A stretch of 64,000 bases of DNA. It comes from Octopus vulgaris (lineage: Eukaryota). The notes under the pieces were generated by a model. It saw only the letters and a program-made list of their open reading frames with translations. It was not told the DNA's origin and did no database searches. The DNA is taken from positions 23,374,001 to 23,438,000 of the forward strand of contig OX597823.1 of the NCBI GenBank assembly GCA_951406725.2, read 5' to 3'. Every line of letters begins with the position of its first letter. Position 1 is the first letter of the stretch. This document shows positions 56,823 through 64,000 of this stretch, in pieces. The translations under genes and the position numbers were made by a program.

Positions 56823-56961
56823 CGATTGTAGTGTTATACTCATTATCTTTTTTTAATAATTTTGATATATATTTAAAATAATATTAATTAATTGATCTTA
56901 TGTATTGGCTTAAGTTTTTCATTGTATGATTTACCCAATAGTGGCCTTTATCTCTAATTTA

Positions 56962-57055
<94 letters not shown>

Positions 57056-57576
57056 TATATGTATGTGTGTGTGTGTGTATATGTGTGAAAGCATGAGTGT
57101 GTGTGCACATGCATGTGTGTGGATGTGTATGAGTATAAAATGTATTTCTTTCCTTTTTGTTTTTCCAGCTGATGCTAACATGATTGCATTAAAAGCAGTA
57201 GGCATACCAGGACAGGATAATATTGGACGGCATGATAGTGTGGACGTAAAGGCATGCAATAAAGCTTGCCTTGAATATACAGGATGTACTTCTTATGAGT
57301 ACAATGATAAATCTCAATACTGTGATTTAAGTAATGTGACTCATGCAACTCATGAACTTAAACCCAACACTGCAGGTTGGGATATTTACATCTTAAATCC
57401 AGGTTAGTAGAATATTTTCTCATTTTATCCTTTGCATGTCTGTTTGTATTTACATACCTGAATATGTATATAATACATATGAATATAATATATATGTATA
57501 TATACATATATGTATGTATATGTGTATATATGTGTGTATGTGTATGTATGTATGAATATATATATATATATGTATA

Positions 57577-57635
<59 letters not shown>

Positions 57636-60600
57636 CCCATGCTAGCATGGAAAATGGACGCTAAACGATGATGATGATGATGATGATGATGATATATAGT
57701 AAATCCCAAAAGGAAGAAGAACAAACACAAAAACACAACAACACGAGCACGTGGTACATGTAAAGTATTAGCAGATGCTCAAGGAAGGAAAGAAAGATGG
57801 TTTAAGGTTTCGGGCAATGCTCTTCTTCAGGAACAGAGGAAAGTTCAGTAGAAAGGAAGACAGAGGAAGACAATCGCCAGTGATTCACATGTGGTTAAAT
57901 TTTGAATATATATATATATATATATAAAGGTATGTGTGTTCTTAGTTCATGGGTCAGCTGCTGTCTTTAGGTGTAAGAGAATATATTCTTTATGTGCTTG
58001 GTGTAAAAAATACTTGAAAGTAAGTTACAGTCAAGTGAGACAACTCACATCAGGTCATTTCTCAGAGCAACAGACATCGATGTTTCATTACTGTTTCGAC
58101 TTATCAACAAGGCCTGCTGCTAGCCATATCACCGACTATGACTATATGCCAAATAGTTTAGACACCATCTGCTGGTATGTCCCAACGTTTGCTACTTAGG
58201 TGACATAATGAGCAGTGGAGGAGGTTGTACAGAAAGTGTAATAGCTAGAATAAGAATAGAATAGAGAAAGTTCAGAGAGCTTTTACCTTTGTGTGAAGGG
58301 AAAATTGTACAATGTGTATGAACTATGATACTGCATGATAGTGAGACCTGAGCCCTGAATGTGGGGGACATGCAAAGACTGGAGAAGAATGAAGCTGGTA
58401 TGCTCTGCTGGATGTGTGATGTCAGTGTGCATGTGTGACAGAGCACTGGTGTGCTGAGAGAGAAACTGGGAATAATAGGAATTATATGTAGTGTATAAGA
58501 AGAGACTGCACTGGTTTGGCCATAAGATGTGGATGGATAAGGACAGTTGCATAAAGAAGTACCAATCAGAAGATTGGGAAGAGGGAGATCCAGGAAGACA
58601 TGGGATGAAGTACTGAAGGCCAATCTCAAAATGCTGAACCTTATGAAGGAGATGACAGAGGACTGAGATATGTGGCACATTGCTGTACTTGTGAAGATCT
58701 GCCCACAACAGAATCAAAATCTTAAAACCAAGGTGCCACATAAAAAGCACTGGTGATGGTACCACATAAAAAGCACATAAAAAAGCACCAGTACACTCTG
58801 TGGGGTGGTTGGTGTTAGGATGGGCATTCTATGGAGCTTGGTGCAACCTCTGGCCTTATCTGTTCCTGTCAAGCCATCCAACTCATGCCAGCATGTAAAA
58901 TAGATGTTAAATGATGATGATGATGATGATGATGATGATAATGATGATGATGATAATGATGATGAATTTGTGTATTGAAACAAATTTTGTTGTGTTTTGG
59001 CAGAGTCATTACACTAATAATTATAACACATGTACAGATTCCGTTCCACTTCTCTATTGTTAGTCAATTTGTTAAATATCTAACCAACTTAACTAAGCAA
59101 TTATTTGTTTAATGTGTTGATTAAACAATCAATAGGTTGTTTGTTAGTCAAAGTTCTTTCATTATTGTTAACAACCTCTTCAGTGACTTAATGACTTCTC
59201 ATCTTACTCCAAGGTCTGTTCTGAGTCTATCTGAGAATTATTCTTATGTTTGTATATATGCATGCTTGTATGTGTGTGTGTTTCTAAACAAAAGAGTGCG
59301 TATGGATGGATGATAGTACACTTAGCCTTTGTGATCCTGAAATAAAAGAGGTATGGAAGAACTACTAGGAAAGGCTATTAAAGGTAGAGAATGAATTGGA
59401 GAGAGGGAATCTCCCCATGTGAACCCAACAGAGGGATAAGCTACTCTAGTCAACAGCTGCATGACAGATAAGGCAAATGAAGATATGAAGACAGGGAAAG
59501 ATCCTAGTCCATTAAGAGTTACTGCTGAGATGCATTAGATATCTAGTAAGGTACAATGCAGATTAGTCACCTGCTTAGTTAATCAGGTTATTCAGTAAAT
59601 AGTATTGCTCAGTGACTATCATAGTAAGCAGCTATGAGGGCAAAAGAAATGCTTTAGATAGCAGTAATTATATAGGGATCAAATTGCTGGACTAGGTGAT
59701 GAAAGTTGTGGAGAAAGTTAATTAGGAACAGAATTAGAACTAAATGAAATGCTGTTTGGCTTTATCCTGGGGAGAAGCATCGCAGATGCTATTTTTACAG
59801 TCAAGAAACTGTGAGCAGTATTTAGCTAAGATCAAACGGTTGTACTTGGCATTTGTTTTTCTAAAGAAAGCCTTCAATAGAATACTTTGCTTTGTGATAT
59901 GGTGGTCTCTGATGATGGTAGGAATAAATGAATGACTTGTGAAAGCAGAACAATCCATGTACAGAGGTTCTGTCCATAAGGTAAGAGTTGGTTAGGGGTG
60001 TACAGGTGGGTGTTCACCAAGGCTCAGTTCTTAGCCACCTCCTACTCATCATCGTCTACCAGGCCATACCAAAGGAATTCAAGACTGGTAGCCCATGGGA
60101 ACTGTTATATGCTGATGATCTTGCTCTTATATCAGGTTCTGTTACAGAACTAGAAATGAAATTCCAGGCTTGAATGTAACACCAGAAATCAAAGGGCCTT
60201 AAGATTAACTTAGCAAAGACTAAGGTGCTAGTAAGCAAGAAAACAGACAGGATCCTTCTCCTATCAGGTAAATAGCCCTGCTCAATATGTAGAGATGGTG
60301 TAAGCAGGAATTCCATACAGTGTACCAGTGCAAGCTATGGACTCAAGAGATGCAGTGGAATAGTAGGAAGTTTTGTATGTGAAAGATGTAGAGGAGCCAT
60401 AAAAACTACAGATTCTTGGGATACTGATTTCTCAAATGACCTGAAGGCACTTCAGGGGTAGTGAATAGTGTCTGCAACCTAGAGAACCTAATTAGCCATG
60501 GGAGAGGATGCATAGAAATTGTAATTTCTAGAATAAGAATAGGATGGACAAAATTCAGAGAGCTTTTACCTTTGCTGGCAACCAAAGATCTCTCTCAGAG

Positions 60601-61028
60601 TGAAAGGAAGATTGTGTGATACATGTATAGAGCAGCAATGCCACATGGAAGTGAGACATGGGCCCTGAATGCAGAAGACATGTGAAGGCGAGAGAAATGA
60701 AGCTTATATGCTCTGCTAGATGTGCAATGCCAGTGTGAAAAAGAACACTAGTATTTTGAGGGAAAAGTTGGACATAAGAAAAATCAGCTGAAATATTGAA
60801 GGCTGATCTCAAGACACTGAGCCTTACAAAGGAGATGATTAAGGGTGAATTGCTGTACTCAGAGCAAATTTGATGCCAGTACTGGTGCCACATAAAAAGC
60901 ACCCTGTACACTCTATGGAGTGGTTGGCTTTAGGAAGGGCATCCAGCTGGAGAAACCATGCCAGAACCAGCTCCAGTCAAACCGTCCTATCGAAACAGAA
61001 GTGAAATGATGATAGTGATGAAGAAGAT

Positions 61029-61112
<84 letters not shown>

Positions 61113-63760
61113 TGTGTATGTGTGTGTGAGTGTGTGTGTGTGTGTGTGTATGGCCATTCCTCATTGGAAAGGAGTCCAGTCGATTAGATTGACTCCAGTA
61201 TGCAACTGGTACTTAATTTATCGACCCCAAAAAGATGAAAGGTAAAGTCGACCTCAGTGGAATTTGAACTCAGAATGTAAAGACAGATGAAATACCACTA
61301 AGCATTTCACTTGGCGTGTGAGCGTTTTTGCCAGCTCGCCACCTTTAAATATATTGAGTATATTATGAAAAACCTGTCCTGTTTTGTTTTCCACACTATG
61401 TTTGTTTGTGTGAATGTATTTTTGTGTTTTCTTCAATATGAAGTAGGGCAGCATAAAATTTTAGAGAATATTATGTAGCGTGATTTTGATTGCAGGAAAT
61501 ATCTATATGAGAAAGAGTAGTTGGTATCTTTCATTTAAATAACAAAGAATTTTGTTCATTGAACTATTGAGGATATGAAGATGTGGGAAACATTTGTGTA
61601 TGAAAAATTGACTCTGATATGCTTAAAATATCTAGCAGAGTAGACTAGAATCTAGTTCCTCAATTATTTAACTAAATAATATGGGAATGTTATATGCAAG
61701 GACTAGAAATGCAGTGTCATTATAAAGGGTAATAAAGGCAATGGAAATACATAGAATAAGGAGACTACAAGAGCATCAAATTTTCAAACATAGCCAACTG
61801 CTACAAAGGTAAAGGTGATGCTTTAGACTGGTATAGCAGCACCATAGTCAACTGCTACAAAGGTAAAGGTGACGCTTTAGGTACAAATAATTACAGAGGT
61901 ATCAAGTTGTTGGATCAGGTAATGAAGGTCACGGCAAGATCATAGCCCAACTATTTAGGGAGAGAGTCAGTTTAGACGAGATGCAGTTTGGGTTCATGCC
62001 AGGGAATTGCACCACTAATGCTATATTTCTGGTAAGACAGCTGCAGGAGAAATACCTAACCAAAAATAAACCTCTGTACCTGGCTTTCATTCACATGAAG
62101 AAAGCCTTTGACAGGGTCCCCCCGATCCCTTATCTAGTGGTCAATGAGGAACCTAGGGTTAAGGCAACCTGTGGAAGCTATCCTCATCCATTCTCACCAC
62201 ATCACCACAGCTATCTCTCTTTCACACCACATCTGATACTTCTATGGTCCAACTTTTCTCTCAAGGTACTTAAACTCTGTCGAGTATGCACACTGACATT
62301 ACACATCCAGCGGAGCATACTGGCTTCATTCCTTGCAAGCTTACGCATGTCCTCAGCAGTCACGGTCCATGTTTCACTGCCATATGGTGGTTTAGGGAAC
62401 CTGTGGATGAGGTGGTGAAGCACGACTTTCAAACATTAGGCCTCAGTGAGGCAATGACTATTGACCGAAATATGCTGTGCTTGAGAAGACCAGGCAAGCT
62501 AAGTGAGACCATAACCTGTGGTCTATTCCAGGGGTTTAACCAGCCCTCTTATCTGTACCTTTCCTTCATTAGACACTAAACTTTGCTTGCAAAGACCTGT
62601 TGAGGTAAGTGAAATCGAAATCGAAATCAAATTTGATGACTGGCATCTGTGCTAGTGGAGCACTAAAAGCATCATCCTAGCATGATCGTTGCCAGAGCAG
62701 CTGACTGGCTTCCGTGCCAGTGGCACATAAAAAGCACCATTCAAGCATGATTGTTACCAGCGTCGCCTTACTGGCACTTGTGCCAGTGACATGTGAAAAA
62801 ATATTTGAGCAAGGTCATTGCCAGTGCCGCTGGACTGGCTCCTGTGCAGGTGGCATGTAAAAAACACCATTTGAGCATGGCCGCTGCCAGTACCGCCTGA
62901 CTTGCCCTCGTGCTGGTGGCACGTAAAAGCACCCACTACACTCTCGGAGTGGTTGGCGTTAAGGAAGGGCATCCAGCTGTAGAAACTCTGCCAGATCAGA
63001 TTGGGGCCTGGCGCTGCCATATGGTTCGCCAGTCTTCAGTCAAATCGTCCAACCCATGCCAGCATGGAAAGCGGACATTAAACGATGATGATGATGATGT
63101 TTGAAGTGTATCAAAGACTAGAGAGAGGATTTGCAATCATTCTCTGATGATTATGTAATGTTAGTGTGCATGAATAGAAGAGTAAAAACGAGCAAAGGAA
63201 AAGCTATATATAATAGAATCTAATATGATGTGAAGAAAAAAAAAAACTTCTATGGTTCAGGCATATGATGCATATAGAGAATGATTGCTATATAAGAAAT
63301 TGTCAAGTGATCAAACTGAACAAAATTTGCAGAAAAGGGAGACTGAGGAAGACTCAAGACAAAACAGAGAAGACAAAAGATGATGATAATTGGTGTTATG
63401 TAGAGCTGCAGTAACCTGATGAAATGTACATTAGAAACGGCTGTGTTGAACAATGTGTGTGGGTGTATTTATATCTCTGTGCAACTTGCTTCACTCAATA
63501 AATTTCATTGTAAACCTGTTATGTTCTCATTCTCATCCTCCTCCTAACATACTTTCACCATTAGTGTCAATTTCTGTCATCAATTCCAGCTTATGTGCAA
63601 GTTAAATGTGGACCTCCAAAAGATGTTGCTCTTGGCAAAAAGGCCTACACTACCACCAGATACAAATCTGAGGTGACTTATACTTGTGATGATGGAAATC
63701 AATATAAGTTGACATGTGAAAAGGACAATAAATGGAGTCCCATAACATTTTCTTGCAAAG
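8941..63760 (+). CDS. Partial multi-exon gene (11 exons in window, open at both ends) encoding a repetitive Sushi/CCP + PAN/apple extracellular protein
   Basis: Exons 8941-9114, 13114-13353, 17652-17885, 22104-22274, 26768-27007, 34586-34819, 43501-43671, 47847-48014, 51992-52231, 57169-57402, 63590-63760. All are AG/GT-bounded, phase 1-1 and stop-free, and they join in one frame (759 codons). Confidence 0.88.
9734..10100 (-). mobile_element. RTE LINE 3' end (5'-truncated copy)
   Basis: Very similar to 3460-3800, with a (cat)n tail. Confidence 0.9.
11570..11785 (+). mobile_element. Older RTE 3' end fragment
   Basis: cacactctgtaaagtggttggt...catggaaaatggatgttaaatgatgatg; a similar copy lies at 14370-14588. 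Confidence 0.65.
12109..12648 (-). mobile_element. RTE LINE 3' end with expanded ~60-bp tandem units
   Basis: Matches the 3' UTR of 3460-4070; repeated unit ggtgctttttacgtgccaccggcacgggggccaggcgaggctggcaacggccacga. Confidence 0.9.
12761..12965 (+). mobile_element. tRNA-head SINE
   Basis: tggcagaatgg (A-box-like), gagtttaaattcc (B-box-like), aaggtcgactttacctttcatcc...aagtaccagttg; reverse-strand copies at 47195-47428 and 61178-61345. Confidence 0.75.
13114..13353 (+). CDS. Exon: PAN/apple domain type A copy 1
   Basis: ttctag|AT...AAAC|gtaatt, 240 nt; [25 protein letters not shown] (C-x3-C-x5-C-x11-C PAN core) ...DRDYYQ. Confidence 0.88.
16278..16945. repeat. Interspersed repeat embedded in (TTA)n arrays, with its left part re-duplicated
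   Basis: catgccatcaaagtgacact...cccatcatgacta at ~16297 and ~16882; SINE tail fragments duplicated at 16150-16220 and 16945-17015. Confidence 0.55.
17652..17885 (+). CDS. Exon: PAN/apple domain type B copy 1
   Basis: ttccag|CC...CCAG|gtcagt, 234 nt; [30 protein letters not shown]...GWDIYIFNP. Confidence 0.88.
17945..18235. repeat. Foldback (inverted pair) of RTE 3' ends
   Basis: 18063-18113 is the near-perfect reverse complement of 18130-18182; outer (cat)n/(atg)n and gtgtgtattt/aaatacacac are also mirrored. Confidence 0.85.
18293..18960 (-). mobile_element. Decayed, internally deleted mariner transposon
   Basis: HQDNTQPHT...[16 protein letters not shown]; terminal tattgggtcatcccataaataa. 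Confidence 0.8.
18975..20140 (-). mobile_element. R4/Dong-like non-LTR retrotransposon, 5'/RT fragment
   Basis: [13 protein letters not shown] and [16 protein letters not shown]; abuts the (TTA)n array at 20148. Confidence 0.65.
20265..20716 (-). mobile_element. R4/Dong-like 3' end with restriction-like endonuclease
   Basis: [59 protein letters not shown]; flanked on both sides by (TAA)n. Confidence 0.85.
20845..21315 (-). mobile_element. Second, older R4/Dong-like RLE 3' end
   Basis: [35 protein letters not shown] and [17 protein letters not shown]; ends in (TAA)n. Confidence 0.75.
21325..21500. repeat. Compound tetranucleotide microsatellite (ATGT/ACGT/ACGG/ATGG)n
   Basis: Read directly from the sequence. 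Confidence 0.95.
22104..22274 (+). CDS. Exon: Sushi/CCP domain copy 2
   Basis: tttcag|CT...AAAG|gtaaca, 171 nt; [56 protein letters not shown]. Confidence 0.88.
24520..26100 (+). mobile_element. Decayed DNA transposase, probably CMC/Chapaev3-like
   Basis: Remnants [71 protein letters not shown]...[17 protein letters not shown]; many stops. The family label is from my recall of these motifs. Confidence 0.6.
26768..27007 (+). CDS. Exon: PAN/apple domain type A copy 2
   Basis: tcctag|AT...GATC|gtaatt, 240 nt; [25 protein letters not shown]...DRDYYQ. Confidence 0.88.
27749..27829. repeat. Perfect 30-bp inverted repeat with 21-nt loop
   Basis: tcaccaattgacatccatacaactacgatc (27749-27778) / gatcgtagttgtatggatgtcaattggtga (27800-27829). 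Confidence 0.95.
28229..28615 (-). mobile_element. Non-autonomous Helitron-like element in (TA)n
   Basis: Minus strand ends ...cccgagcaacgccaggcaatactgCTAGt; a similar 3' end is on + at 2118-2146. Confidence 0.6.
28618..28800 (-). mobile_element. Penelope-like terminal fragment with minimal hammerhead variant
   Basis: Minus strand: tcttt CTGTCGA a gagc atag gctc GAAAC GTA aaaga (28709-28746). Confidence 0.6.
29058..29285. mobile_element. piggyBac-like MITE
   Basis: taaCCCttttgttac...gtaataaaaGGGttaa terminal inverted repeats; TTAA on the right, ctaa on the left. Confidence 0.55.
29620..30164. repeat. ~197-bp inverted repeat with ~150-bp spacer
   Basis: 29620-29816 is the reverse complement of 29968-30164, with scattered mismatches. 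Confidence 0.9.
30290..30936 (+). mobile_element. Decayed RTE 3' portion
   Basis: ccaagaagacatgggatgaagtggtgaaacatgatc ([13 protein letters not shown]-like), 3' UTR and (gat)n tail. Confidence 0.75.
31480..31985 (-). mobile_element. Decayed Penelope-like fragment; paralogous piece at ~55500-55985
   Basis: 31715-31840 resembles 55840-55980; minus strand shows YGQT / YTGET-like GIY-YIG remnants. Confidence 0.45.
32221..33220 (-). mobile_element. Mariner transposon, fairly young, 3'-truncated at an (ATC)n tract
   Basis: TIR tacgagggacgttcaataagtaatg; [29 protein letters not shown]. Confidence 0.9.
33340..33785 (-). mobile_element. Old RTE-type 3' UTR with degenerate ~45-bp tandem units
   Basis: tttctacagctggata.. 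followed by repeated catggcactggcaac..gactatgat units. Confidence 0.6.
34586..34819 (+). CDS. Exon: PAN/apple domain type B copy 2
   Basis: ttccag|CC...CCAG|gtcagt, 234 nt; [30 protein letters not shown]...GWDIYILNP. Confidence 0.88.
35010..39545 (+). mobile_element. Helitron complex with decayed PIF1-like helicase (36440-38490)
   Basis: 5' TC plus (gtct)n tract; [61 protein letters not shown]; hairpin+CTAG at ~36075-36105 and terminal CTAG at 39542-39545. Confidence 0.8.
39005..39440 (+). mobile_element. tRNA-head SINE nested in the Helitron, with ~108-bp internal tandem duplication
   Basis: tggcttagtgg A box, gagttcaattcc B box, ccttgagcaagacact; unit gtgtctgtggagtgctc... at 39223 and 39332. 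Confidence 0.75.
39557..40030 (+). mobile_element. Full-length tRNA-head SINE with internal (TA/TG)n
   Basis: tggctgtgtgg A box, gagttcagtcc B box, ccttgggcaagtgtctt, A-rich tail aagtaaaagaataaaagag. Confidence 0.8.
40340..40915 (+). mobile_element. Penelope-like element RT fragment
   Basis: [44 protein letters not shown]; stops present. Confidence 0.85.
41375..41955 (+). mobile_element. Decayed RTE 3' portion
   Basis: Homologous to the RTE C-terminus and 3' UTR; similar copies at 53085-53690 and 58190-58965. Confidence 0.7.
42290..43310 (-). mobile_element. Decayed R4/Dong-like RT C-terminal region
   Basis: [11 protein letters not shown] and [30 protein letters not shown] on the minus strand. 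Confidence 0.6.
43501..43671 (+). CDS. Exon: Sushi/CCP domain copy 3
   Basis: tcccag|GT...AAAG|gtaaag, 171 nt; [56 protein letters not shown]. Confidence 0.88.
45115..46390 (-). mobile_element. Decayed mariner transposon
   Basis: [31 protein letters not shown] (YSPDL-like); tattggattggagcaaaagt terminus. Confidence 0.75.
46511..46710. repeat. Imperfect inverted repeat (MITE-like)
   Basis: gctttatctaaa..accagtaac..ctcatgga..ggaataaaaata mirrored by tatttttattcc..tccatgag..gttactggt..tttagattaaagc. Confidence 0.6.
47847..48014 (+). CDS. Exon: Sushi/CCP domain copy 4
   Basis: tttcag|CT...AAAG|gtaaag, 168 nt; [55 protein letters not shown]. Not captured in this frame by the ORF track. Confidence 0.85.
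48868..50147 (+). mobile_element. Full-length decayed Tc1/mariner element, probably maT (DD37D) type
   Basis: TA TSDs; TIR cagggtgtctcaaaattaaggcaacc / ggttgccttaattttgggacaccctg; [36 protein letters not shown]. Confidence 0.85.
51992..52231 (+). CDS. Exon: PAN/apple domain type A copy 3
   Basis: atgtag|GT...GAAC|gtaatt, 240 nt; [25 protein letters not shown]...NRDYYQ. Confidence 0.88.
55998..56190. repeat. (TTA)n microsatellite
   Basis: Read directly; similar arrays at 16219-16264, 20148-20262, 20716-20842, 33877-33933. Confidence 0.95.
57169..57402 (+). CDS. Exon: PAN/apple domain type B copy 3
   Basis: ttccag|CT...CCAG|gttagt, 234 nt; [30 protein letters not shown]...GWDIYILNP. Confidence 0.88.
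57712..57905 (-). mobile_element. Penelope-like terminal fragment with degenerate hammerhead core
   Basis: Minus strand: gttc CTGAAGA a gagc att gccc GAAAC ctt aaac (57798-57835). Confidence 0.45.
59285..61020 (+). mobile_element. Old decayed RTE LINE (RT region to 3' tail)
   Basis: [21 protein letters not shown]; colinear with the reverse complement of 4071-5900. Confidence 0.85.
61790..63099 (+). mobile_element. Rearranged RTE copy with internal deletion and inversion
   Basis: + strand RT piece 61790-62158 ([15 protein letters not shown]); - strand piece 62177-62384 ([27 protein letters not shown]); + strand 3' end 62388-63099 with (atg)n tail. Confidence 0.85.
63590..63760 (+). CDS. Exon: Sushi/CCP domain copy 5
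   Basis: ttccag|CT...AAAG|gtaacg, 171 nt; [56 protein letters not shown]. Confidence 0.88.
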
Positions 63761-64000
63761 GTAACGTAAACAGCTTTTCTCTATTTGCCTCTGTCTATGT
63801 GACTTTTTTAAAAAAGTTTAAATTATGTGTTTTTGTCAGAAGAAAGTTGACTCTTCATATATACATCTTCTTTGCCCATTTAATGCCAGAATGGGAGAGG
63901 GGAAAGAATCCTCAAGCATACCTTTCATGAGATCCTGTCAGAAGCAACTGTCTTCTGTTAGACCCCAAGACTAGCCAAGCACATGCATGTTATCCAAGCA

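Noticed and set aside
14331-57736. Low-complexity ORFs (poly-Y/I/L/N, YIYI, CVCV, HTHT) at e.g. 14331-14821, 20065-20909, 41241-41607, 55780-56239, 56954-57736
   Set aside because: These are translations of (TA)n, (CA)n, (TACA)n and (TTA)n microsatellites.

Overview
AT-rich, microsatellite- and transposon-dense animal genomic DNA. The repeat content (RTE LINEs with (ATG)n tails, tRNA-head SINEs, R4/Dong, Penelope, mariner, Helitron) looks like a coleoid cephalopod, probably Octopus; this is an inference. The whole window lies inside one large + strand gene, with neither start nor stop visible. I can read 11 intact exons (2277 nt, 759 codons). All are bounded by AG/GT, are phase 1-1, have lengths divisible by 3, and each encodes exactly one domain. 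The order is Sushi, PAN-A, PAN-B, Sushi, PAN-A, PAN-B, Sushi, Sushi, PAN-A, PAN-B, Sushi, i.e. a tandemly duplicated Sushi(CCP)-PAN-PAN module of an extracellular protein I cannot name. Paralogous exons are only about 40-45% identical in protein in the pairs I aligned, while flanking introns keep homology; in one case about 530 bp are near-identical. The introns also hold a young RTE LINE with an uninterrupted EN-RT ORF and a PHD-type finger, Penelope-type hammerhead ribozyme motifs, several foldback hairpins, a TAA-associated R4/Dong cluster, and decayed mariner, maT, Helitron and Chapaev-like elements. All alignments and counts were done by eye.
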